DNA of 64,000 bases, from positions 94,612,001 to 94,676,000 of the forward strand of contig OX597815.1 of assembly GCA_951406725.2 (NCBI GenBank), written 5' to 3'. Positions 53,013 through 64,000 of the stretch are shown here, one piece after another. Position numbers and translations under genes: made by a program. This DNA is from Octopus vulgaris. Taxonomy: Eukaryota. Under the pieces are notes generated by a model that was not told the origin of the DNA, ran no database searches, and worked only from the letters and a program-made list of their open reading frames with translations. Every line of letters begins with the position of its first letter. Position 1 is the first letter of the stretch.

Positions 53013-55125
53013 TGCCTTTACACATCTTCTAACGCTGGAGATGTACTACGGTGTCAGCTGTTCACTACCGGTGAACTAAGGTTACACCTCTTATTTATCG
53101 AGCACCTTCCGGAGTATTCGAGCGGTTCCAAGCATTGCTGTTTTTTTGCAAGTGCCCCAACCTTATTGCAGTCTCTATTTGTTACCCGTACTTCTCGAGA
53201 TTTTTGCTCGCTGTTCCAAGGGTTCCGACGATTATTGGTACTACTACCATCTTTTTCATCGACCACATCTGCTTAACATCCCAAGCTAACCTGTCATATC
53301 TCTCAACTTTTCTTTCTTCCTTATCGCACACCATGTTGTCAGCTGGGCATGTTATATCTATGATTCAGCATAGTTTGGTCTCTTTCTCAATTAAGACTAT
53401 GTCTGGCTTCCTATTCTCTATCTTATGGTTGCACTGAATCATAAAATACCACAGGATCTTTGCATTATCATTTTCGATGATGGATTCGGGTTTGTGGTCG
53501 TGCCAATTTTTTGCTCTGTCAAGTCCATACCTATAGCAAAGGGTCCAATGCACAAGTCTTGCTATGTTGTCGTGGCGTCTCTTATATTCCTTCAGAGCTA
53601 GCGGCGTACATTGGCTGGTAATATGCCATACGGTTTCAGCATTTCGTCCACAGATTCTGCACTTATCCTTTCTGATGTGTTGTCTATTCTGTATTTTATG
53701 TAGTTTGTTCGTGTTTGCTCTTGGGCAGCGCGGATTAGAGCCTCCATTTCCAGTTTTAAATCACATTTAGTCATCCACAGCCATCTTTTTTCTCTGTCTT
53801 ATATTCAACATCCCGATGAAATTGTCCATGCATTCTTTTCTTTACCCACCTTTTTCAGTTTCATACATTTTTAATTGCTTGTACAGTGCTTTTACTTTGC
53901 AATCTTTCATCCTATACAGGCCTTTCCTTCTTACTTCTAATAATAGCGGTTCGATGGCATTTTTGTTACATGTTATGTTGTTTCTTTTTTGCTCTAATGC
54001 TATGTTAACATCCAATAAGTCCTCTTCCCCCTCTTTTTCTTGGAACATACAGTCTGTCTGTTTCCCTTTTTGGGTGGAGTGACCCATATCTAGTTAGCAA
54101 CTTCCTTGTCTTTCTGTCTAAGCTGTTTATTTCGTCTAATGCCCATGCGATTAACCCTGTTCCATATCTAAGAAGTGAAATCACCCAGGTGTTGATAGCT
54201 TCAATCTTATTCCGTCCATTTAATTTCGACTTCGGCTTCATCTTTACCATGAAGTTTGAGGCCATCCATGAATAAAAAATGGTTGACTTTTTGTTAGCGG
54301 CTTTTGCTTTCCTCAGAATCAGTGTTAGTAGTATCAAGTACAGTACAAAGATCAGTGGGGACAGGCAGTCCCCTTGGACGATGCCCCTCCTAATTTCTCC
54401 TATCCCTAAACTTCTTCCGTATGCTGTCAGGTCCGTCCTCCAATTTGCAATACATTTTTCAAGCAATCGCTCAACATTCGATGCAATACCAAGTGAGTTC
54501 TTACACTCCATAATCCAAGAATGTGGGATCATATCGAACGCTTTACGATAGTCGATCCATGACATGGCTACGTTACTTTTCTTCCTCTTGCAGTCTCCAA
54601 GTACAGTTTTATCTATTAGGAGTTGATCCTTGGTACCTCTGCACTTACGCTTGCAAACCTTCTGCTCATGTGGCAGGAGTCCATTTTTTTCCAGATGTTC
54701 GTACATTGATTTTGCGATTATTCCAGTCAATAACACCCACATAAGTGGCAAACAGGATATCGGCATGTAATTGTCTACCGTATTACCTTTTTCGATGCTT
54801 TTCAAGCACAGCACTGTCCTACCCAACGTCAACCACGCTGGTGTTACTTGGTCGGTATTTAACAAGGCGGCGAGCTGGCAGAAACGTTAGCACGCCGGAC
54901 GAAATGCGTAGCCGTATTTCGTCTGCCGTTACGTTCTGAGTTCAAATTCCGCCGAGGTCGACGTTGCCTTTCATCCTTTCGGGGTCGATAAATTAAGTAC
55001 CAGTTACGCACTTGGGTCGATGTAATCGAATTAATCTCATTGTCTGTCCTCTCTGTGTTTAGCCCCTTGTGGGTAGTAAAGAAATAGGTATTTAGCAAGG
55101 TGTTGAGTTGCGCAGTTTCATTACC
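53013..55125 (-). mobile_element. Second R4/Dong-clade element, decayed, tail-to-tail with the first
   Basis: [40 protein letters not shown]; 3' end runs into (AAT)n on the minus strand. Confidence 0.9.
54866..55086 (+). mobile_element. tRNA-derived SINE inserted in the Dong element, 14-bp TSD
   Basis: TGGCAGAAACG A box, GAGTTCAAATTCC B box, GCCTTTCATCCTTTCGGGGTCGATAAA core; GGTATTTARCAAGG at 54854-54867 and 55087-55100. Confidence 0.9.
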
Positions 55126-55218
55126 ACCGTTATTCACAATATTTTGTTTTTTTATTGTCACAATATTTTGTTTTTTTATTACACTCAGTGTATTACTAGA
55201 TGTATCATTAATCAGGAC

Positions 55219-55272
<54 letters not shown>

Positions 55273-55419
55273 ATTTATCCTAAATTATATCGATACAACT
55301 CGGTACTATCCAATAAAATTGCTGATGTAAGTCGGAATTACTAGGCAGTAGCCTGCACAATAGAATAGGAGCTATTGTGCGAGTACTCAAAAACGTTTCC
55401 GGTAAACAAACTTAAAGGC

Positions 55420-55456
<37 letters not shown>

Positions 55457-55927
55457 TCTAGCTTTATGTGGTCACGATGCATTCCCATCAATAATTCAGA
55501 AATAATATTTTCTGTTTCTTTCGTAATATTTCCGAAACTTTTTTCTAAATTCGTTTAATCATATCGAAGATCAAATATAAATTATGAAGCCGACTTATGG
55601 TAAAACTCATAATAACAGACAATATACCATTCTGTGAATTGACGTTTCCTCTTTCCATTTCATTACGCGATGCAATGTGTCATTTGTTCAATAAGTCTCC
55701 TCGATGCAAACCCCGACTCTTTAGATGCATTCTCGACCAAGTTCTAGGTTACCTTTCCCCAACATCTGCTTTTCTTTATACACACTTTTTCATCGATTGG
55801 CTTCTGAGTATACACACGTGTCAAATATGATGATTTATCACATATTCAACCCCCCCACACACTCACACGTGCACTCCCTCATATTCTTTTTTATTCATAT
55901 ATCAACGTTTATATGTAAGTGCATAAG

Positions 55928-55960
<33 letters not shown>

Positions 55961-56012
55961 CTGACTAAACTTATATTTATTTCTACGTACACATATAGAA
56001 ACATAAGCACAT

Positions 56013-56067
<55 letters not shown>

Positions 56068-56564
56068 GTGTGTTCTTATATAATTTTGATTAAATATTCT
56101 ATGATTTTGCTCATAAGCAGTATTCATCGAGATGAATCTTGTTGAAAAACTGATCATATTTTTTTCCATTGGGGTTTAGCGAATTGTGTTCAGTTCTTGG
56201 CAGTTGTACTCGAACGATAAATAGAACTATCATATTTCGAGAGTTATTGACGTTTTGATTGATAGTCTTTAATATTGTAGAATAATCATTGGAGTTAAGA
56301 ATGTGCATAATATCAGTGTTCATTCTACATTCTTTGCGTACATTCTTTCAATGTTCATTTTTACGTATACGTTTAGATGCTGAGTGCAAATAAGATGGTG
56401 TGGGTCTGTGTATGAATTATTATATTTTTTATTCTTAGAGGCGATTCTTCTCTGATTAATTGTTTACTTAATATTTGACTTTCTAAATATATTTATTAGA
56501 AAACTTTCTAATGTTACTCTCTGGCTGTGTTTCCTTTTCTCGATTATATTATCTTTCTCGCGTT

Positions 56565-56693
<129 letters not shown>

Positions 56694-57313
56694 AATATGC
56701 ATATATATATATATATATGTATGTGTGTATGTATGTATTTATGTATGTATGCGTGTGTATATACACAAACACATACATGTTGATATATATATATATATGT
56801 ATATATGTGTGTGTAAGTATGTATGCACGTTTTTGTCTTTTCCTTTATCCATCTATATATATGTATATGTGTGCGCATGTGCGTGTGTATGTGTGTATCA
56901 CACACACACACACACACACACTCTCTCTCTCTCTCTCTATTCCCGAGGTAATACAGTGCTTATATGGTTACTCAATGATTAAATATATGAAGAGACCTGT
57001 TCTGTTTATAGTTGGGAAAAATATTTTTGCCTGAACCTGAACTGCACTAGAATTTCTTGACTTTCAGCCAACATGTTTTATGCCTAAACTGTCGTCTTTT
57101 ATACAGTAGTTTCCACACATATACACCCATGCATGCATACATGCGCATCTATCTATCTATCTACACACAGACACACATACAGAGGTACACATAGACACAG
57201 ACACACTTGTTTGTGTGTTTGGTTTGCGTATGTGAGTGTGTATAGAACATATATTAAGAATTGATCTATATGTTTTATTTATTGTATTGTTTATATACTT
57301 TGGACATAAGTGT

Positions 57314-57391
<78 letters not shown>

Positions 57392-57936
57392 TGGAATATA
57401 AGCATAGCTTTTACTCGTATTCAGTATTTTCACTTGCATGAAGCAGTACCTTTTAAACATAATAAAGGAAAGGTTTTAGTTTATCACAACTCGGACTTAA
57501 AAACACTTGAAATATTTCGATAAATTATGATAGTAATTCGTATGAATATCATCGCTATATCCACAGTTGTATAATTCGTGGTCTCGACCTAAAAACCGCT
57601 TGTTCAAATGTCGTCGAACGCAGACACGGAAGACGTTTGAGATATATTCCACCACCAGTTCCCACTGTTCCTCATACGTGGTAATTCCAATTTCACACAC
57701 AAAATTTCTAGACTTTAAAAGATTTGACAGATAATCTTTATCTTATTTTGCAACACAAATCTAAAAGAGTTTTTAAGACAAACTAACTGGATTAATAAAA
57801 GATTTCTGAGCTAACATTTCCATATCTTAAACATGGCTAATTTTCTACACAATCTTCTATCAGCGTTCATATCGGCGATTACAATACGTTGATTTTGTAA
57901 ATACAAACACAAACACACAAACACATACACTAACAT

Positions 57937-57977
<41 letters not shown>

Positions 57978-58092
57978 AACACACACTCACACATACACAC
58001 AATTATACACAATTATACAAATATTCACACAAATAATGTATGTGTGTGTGCTGCACACATATATATACACATATAATATATGCATGTGTGCC

Positions 58093-58139
<47 letters not shown>

Positions 58140-58169
58140 GAATGTATATATTATATATATTTGTATATA

Positions 58170-58227
<58 letters not shown>

Positions 58228-58670
58228 TTGCTATTATGTCAAAATGTCGTATGTCCAAATTTGGCCAAATGCGTTTTTTCTAATGTTTATTTTTGCTTGC
58301 AATAATCTTTTGGTTAAATAATCGTATCTCCAGCTGTTTCAGATGCCAAGATATCAAAGATTGTCAAAGTGTAGTATAACGGTTTTGCTATGGAATAATG
58401 AAACTAATTTTTCGTTTTCTGAAAAACATTTTGGATTTACGACACTTTTGCATAATAGATACGATATATATATAAATATATATGATTCCCCTCCACCTTA
58501 TTCTCTAACCTTCTTCATGGCTATAAATCTTCGTTACCCCACCTACTCACACATGACATCACATCATTTTCTCCTATAATACTACCAAACTGATCAGCAA
58601 GGTTTATAGAATCAATATGGTGCTCATGCCCTTGACTTTCGGATATGTTTGAATGTTGTGGTTCATGTAC

Positions 58671-58751
58671 TCACCTGATGAAAACGGTCTTTTATAATCA
58701 TGTAACGTCTCAATTGATCAATTAAATATCCGTTGGAAACATCTGTAGTGA
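58671..58751 (+). ncRNA. Hammerhead motif with expanded loop II
   Basis: tcac-CTGATGA-a-aacgg[~42 nt]ccgtt-g-GAAAC-atct-GTA-gtga. Confidence 0.7.
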
Positions 58752-59028
58752 ATTGACAATTTATCCATCTGTTGTTATTTATTTATCATTCATCTATTTC
58801 GGAATCTTTTCCTTGCGTATATCCGAAATATATAACGAACCGTACATTTAGTGCAATGTGCGTTTCTTAATTAGCTTCAGAGCTATTGATATATTTAGTC
58901 GGGTGCCGTTGATCGCATACATAACCTGAATATATTCCTGCCTCTACTTCAGTACCCGAGTATCTATTCCTATATTTTTGTAGTGTACACATACATGTAA
59001 GTGCATAACTCACTTGAATTCTGATCTA

Positions 59029-59098
<70 letters not shown>

Positions 59099-59421
59099 TC
59101 ACACACACACGCACTCACACACATATATTTGAGCATTAAATGGGAACACTATGTGACCAACAACAGAGTCCTGGAAAGGTATCAAATCGCTAAACATGAA
59201 ACGCTGTCTTCAATGGTCAGGATATGTACCAGGAATAGAAGTGTCGATGTCCCTACACCAAGTCTTATTCAGTGAGCTCTGTTCAGGAAAAAAAGAAAAA
59301 CGCGGGATTATTCTCATCGAAGATACAAGGAACAACTGAAAGCAACACTGAAAGCTATATTGGGAGAACAAACACAGACACACAAAGATAGACACACACA
59401 CACACACACACACACACAAAT

Positions 59422-59453
<32 letters not shown>

Positions 59454-59714
59454 TGCTAAATAAGCAATAATAATAATACTTAGATAGCAGGAAAATTATC
59501 CTATTTAGGGTTAAAAGTTCTATTGCCACCACCATCACCACTAGCAACAATAATTAAGGTGCTGACAATGATGATAATGACAATTGAAATATAAAAATAT
59601 AAAAATCTCTGACAAAGGCTATTTACAACATTTCTAAAAATAGCCCAACAATTGCTGCCTTGGCCTGGGTTAAGATACAGGACTCTTGACATGTCCAACA
59701 AAGCATGACGCCTA

Positions 59715-59829
59715 AACCAATCAGCTCAACCAACCAATCAGCTTAAGTAATTGAGTGATACTACACACTGATTGGTCAGAATACAGTTTGCAAAACCTAG
59801 CAATCTGGAGCCTACACAGCTGTATTTAA
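59715..59829 (+). promoter_or_regulatory. Putative Pol II promoter in a PLE-like terminus: three CCAAT boxes and a TATA-like box
   Basis: AACCAATCAGC at 59715 and 59732, CTGATTGGT at 59768, TATTTAA at 59823. Confidence 0.45.
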
Positions 59830-59864
59830 GGCACAGATTCAATCATGTCTGTCACCACTACTAC

Positions 59865-59911
59865 ATGAACCTGAAGATTGCAGAATTTAATGCATGAAAG
59901 TACTAGTTCAT
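59865..59911 (+). ncRNA. Minimal hammerhead motif with intact core
   Basis: atgaac-CTGAAGA-t-tgca[gaatttaa]tgca-t-GAAAG-ta-CTA-gttcat; palindromic AGTACT in place of stem III. Confidence 0.8.
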
Positions 59912-60046
59912 TCAGAATGAACATTTAACATTCTATTATTTTATTTTATTATATTATATTATCTTATATCATTATAAGATTGTAAATAAAAGGTGAAAAT
60001 CAGACAAGGTTGGAATTCCTTTTATTGATATATATATACATGCATA

Positions 60047-60201
60047 CGACGAGCTTCTTTCAGTTTCTACCAAATCCACTCACAAGGCTTTGTTCGACCC
60101 GAGGCCATAGTAGAAGACACTTGCCCAATGTGCCACGCAGTGGGACTGAACCCGGAACCATGTGGTTCGTAAGCAAGCTACTTACCACAGCGCGACTCCT
60201 A
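60047..60201 (-). mobile_element. SINE head (26832 family)
   Basis: Reverse complement of GCTGTGGTAAGTAGCTTGCTTACGAACCACATGGTTCCGGGTTCAGTCCC...GAAAGAAGCTCGTCG. Confidence 0.85.
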
Positions 60202-60276
60202 TTATATATATATATATTATATGTAGAAAAATACAAACTGGGACAAGAACGTAAAACATTTAGAAGACGATACAAA

Positions 60277-60314
<38 letters not shown>

Positions 60315-61547
60315 GTATTTATATTATATATATATATATATATAATGGATATTCTGTGTATAGCCATTATCAAGAGCACAACTCGATATAAAATATAGAG
60401 TAGATACATATAGTTGATGCCCTAGAAGCTGTAGTTAACTTATAAATTCACCGTGCAGCTCCTTTCACAGCCACAGGAAACATCTTATAAGTATCTATTA
60501 CTCTATATGATATAAAATTATGTGAACACACATATTTACTAGTTAGTGTGTGTGTGTTAAATATACGTATACGATAGTATCGAACAGTAATGGTGCAGAG
60601 AATATAGTAAGTAAAAAGCAGAATACTAAAACGAGGTAGATAACGAGGTTAAAAATCAAACAGATAATATATGAAGATATGAATATAAAATAGGCGATGG
60701 AAAAATAGGATAGAGAGATGAAACGAATCTGCAACAGTAAAAAATGCATATCATAAAAATAAATAAGCCAAATGAAAATAATAAAAAACAGTAACTAATG
60801 CACTAGCTAAACCCTCTATGCAAGAAAAGTAAAGGAAATCAGAGAAAGAGAAGTAGAAATTGGGATGATGCCAAAATTACGACGTGTTTATATTGCAGTC
60901 TTGGTGTAAATAGGTAAATAGCTATCGGAATTGGTAGTCTTGAAGTGCCGGCAAATTCTGAATTATAGTGAAAGTGAGGGGTAGAGGGAGCAGTGGGAGA
61001 GAGAGTGAAAGAAAGAGTGTGGTAGCAAGCTAGAAAGTGAGCATCTGAGAATGAGAGAGTGTAAATGGACTGAAGCAGAATTAGGGTACGTAAGCTAAAT
61101 GCGTAAGGGAGCGTATAATTGACTGTGTGCACGTCTTGTATAGGGGTGTGTTTGTATTGTTTTCATCTATGTAACTCTTAAATAGTATATAATGTGTCGA
61201 AGTTTATATTGTTCGTGCACCTAGTATGCACCAGTCATTATTGTAATATACTATATCAAGCTCAGCGTGTAAATATATGTATGTACATGTGTAAACATTT
61301 AAACATACATACAGACACACTATTATTTATAATTGGTAGAAATTACAAAGTGATTCAACTGTTGAGAGTACATGTTCCATGAGTCAGTTTATAACTCGTG
61401 TCAATTTAAAATAGTAAAAAATATGTACTAATGTATATATATATAATGAATAAGTATACACTCATACATGCATATATATATGAATGTATATGTACGTAAA
61501 TACAAGCTTATATATATGTTCCAATCAAATATTCTCATTCTTTCATT

Positions 61548-61584
61548 TTCTTATGATGAAGTACTAGCGTCCGAAACGTCGACA
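61548..61584 (+). ncRNA. Decayed hammerhead motif
   Basis: ATGATGA-a-gtac[tagc]gtcc-GAAAC-GTC-gaca; C3 and stems mutated. Confidence 0.45.
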
Positions 61585-63449
61585 CTCTTTTTCGTTAAGT
61601 ATTAAACTGTTACATATGTTTAGACTTATCCCATCTTAGTTGTCTTCATTTTGTGTTCATTGCTTGGAATAAAATTTTTAGCGCATACCAGGACGTCTTA
61701 AACTCGGAACAGTTTCCTAAATTGCATTGGACTCATTTTGCTCTTTTTGCACTCCTTCTCTTCTCACCACTATTTTCCATTCTTTTAATTCACTGATAAA
61801 ACATTGGTTAAAAAAGATCCTTCATGCTGTTCAGTTTTTGTGCTCACTGCCTAATATATGATATATGATATATGATATATGATATATGATATATATATAT
61901 ATATATAGTTATATATATATATATATATATGTATATGCACACGCACGTATGTGCTTACTTGTGTAAGTGTTTGTAGCGGTTAATCCTCATCAACTGGAAA
62001 ATGGATTGAGGTCAAATTTGGAGAGGTAATACGTTCCCTAATGATACATCGTATGTCACAGCGATGTCCTTACAAGGCCATCAAGACATTAAGTTCCTAT
62101 GACATTGAACACATGGCAGACATACATTTATACAGACACATATGCACTCACATACTCGCATGTCATCTCTCACACGTACCAAATTCTATACACATATACG
62201 AGACTTCATCTGTTTGCTTATATCAAAGGTTAACGGTTGTAATTGTATATGCTTTGGTCAGTTCGTAGACCAGCATAATAAGCTGAATGTCCGCCTATGT
62301 GTGCTTCAGTTAAGGTATATATTTATCACTGTTGAACTATAAATCACTATGTTTATCGCCAATATCATATACGACTAATTGTCCAGGTAATTAACACATT
62401 GTCTTTTAGTAAGTTTCCTAAACTCTGCGTGTGTTTGTGTTTGTGTATGTTCGTATGTGTGTGTCTACGTGTACGTGTGTGCGTGCGTTTGTCTGTTTAT
62501 GAGATGTAGCGTTTCAGCAGATGCATGAGTGAATGGTATGAACACAGGTGAAATGTATGAATGTGTAGTTTGTGAATGTACAGATTGTGTTGTGGCCAGA
62601 GGAAGAGGATGAATGCAATAAAATACTGTGTCTATATGGTGGTGTGCATTAAGTGTAGGTGTTTGTATATGTGTGGTATAATACGTACATACATACATGC
62701 ATATATATATATGCATATATATATATATATATGTACGTGTGTGTGTGTATAGACCTTATATAATTAGGGTGTATATACCAGTATATATATTGTGAGCACA
62801 TATTTGAAGCTATTAGTTATGATTATGTGCATGCGTAACGTAATAAAAACTATACACACACAGACACACAAACACACAGACACACACACACACATATAAC
62901 ATAGTATGTGTGCGAGTGTATGTGTGTGTGTGTTGGTGTAAGCTGAGGTGGCGTATGAATCAATGTGTAATATATACATGTGGATGCCTAGTAGGTGTTC
63001 CATGATACAATCTGCTAACCTGCAGTCAGTTTCCCAGTGTGTCAGAGACAAAATAAATGGCATTCATGACAATAAATGCCATTTTTACTGTACAGGTGAA
63101 ATGGCTTCTGATTAGGAAAGAACGTTGGTTGAAGCTAAAGAAATAGTAGCGTTAAGTATGTAACAGCAGTGTTAGAAAATTCGAGAGCAGGGCAAAAACC
63201 CGATTTGGTGCAATTAGCGTAGAACAGCAGGGTCTGAAAGAGCCTGTCTAAAGAATGGGGCGGGACATTTATGGAATGGCTGGAGGCAGCAACTCTGAGG
63301 AAGGGAGGTTGAAAATCCGTTTAAAAGGCAAGGTGAAACATGAATAGGCAAAGCAAGCAGTTAACGGTGGGGCGCAACACTTTACGAAAGGGATTAGAGC
63401 AGAGTTACAGGCATGAAGGAAGATGCTATTGCCACACGCATCAACAAAT

Positions 63450-63562
63450 TTCACTCACCTACTCACTCACCCACTCACTCACTCACTCACTCACTCACTC
63501 ACTCACTCACTCACTCACTCACTCACTCATTCACTCACTCACTCATTCACTCACTCACTCAC

Positions 63563-63599
<37 letters not shown>
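63450..63599. repeat. (ACTC)n-(TC)n microsatellite
   Basis: Directly visible. Confidence 0.95.
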
Positions 63600-63602
<3 letters not shown>

Positions 63603-63619
63603 GCACACATAAAATTGTT

Positions 63620-64000
63620 TAGTAACTCTTTGATCTTCAGCAACAGGACTCATCTGCTAATCTTTCTTGAATGTAACTGAAGCTACCACAGAAGAATAGC
63701 GTTGTTATGAATTCGGCAAAATGCAACAAGCACTGCAACGCTTGCTGGCTGTGAAAATCTTCATCATGACAACGTCCGGTTATATTCCTCGCAAATGATA
63801 CTGCAGATATTGAGCCTACAGAAATGTATGTCCCTGAATTTAGTCATCAACCATTATTCCAATGGACTTACAATTTTCAAGTATCTGAGTAAATTTCTGT
63901 TAAGGAAGCTCTTCAACAAAAAAACGACTTGAAAGTTTAAAACGACTTCGAAGCATTCATTAATTCCAGGCCTTCAGAATTCCATTGTATGGGAATAATT
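63620..64000 (+). mobile_element. Decayed mariner transposase C-terminal remnant
   Basis: LHHDNVR and EAFINSRPSEFHCMGI. Confidence 0.65.

Noticed and set aside
57497-57700. 67-aa minus-strand ORF as an exon or transposase fragment
   Set aside because: No recognisable motif or splice support

Overview
AT-rich eukaryotic (animal) DNA with no convincing host protein-coding gene. The SINE families, TE landscape and microsatellite density look like an octopus genome; this is an inference from recalled repeat families, not a database hit. The window is a mosaic of decayed transposable elements: two copies of a CR1/L2-type APE-RT LINE, three R4/Dong-type RLE LINEs in (TAA)n tracts, RTE fragments, mariner/Tc1 elements and MITEs, Helitron remnants, tRNA-derived SINEs and several Penelope-like element (PLE) remnants. 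The main hidden signal is at least 10 well-formed and several decayed minimal type I hammerhead-ribozyme motifs on both strands. They sit at PLE termini and in short non-coding repeats, and include U3-A8 core variants and one pair with compensatory stem changes. Second, the near full-length LINE at 30-34 kb has an ORF1 that appears to combine a trihelix Myb/SANT-like domain with a CCCH zinc finger. Both copies of this LINE sit in (TA)n tracts and share a 3' stem-loop with a local SINE family. Most short ORFs in the ORF track are microsatellite artefacts. Boundaries of decayed elements are approximate.
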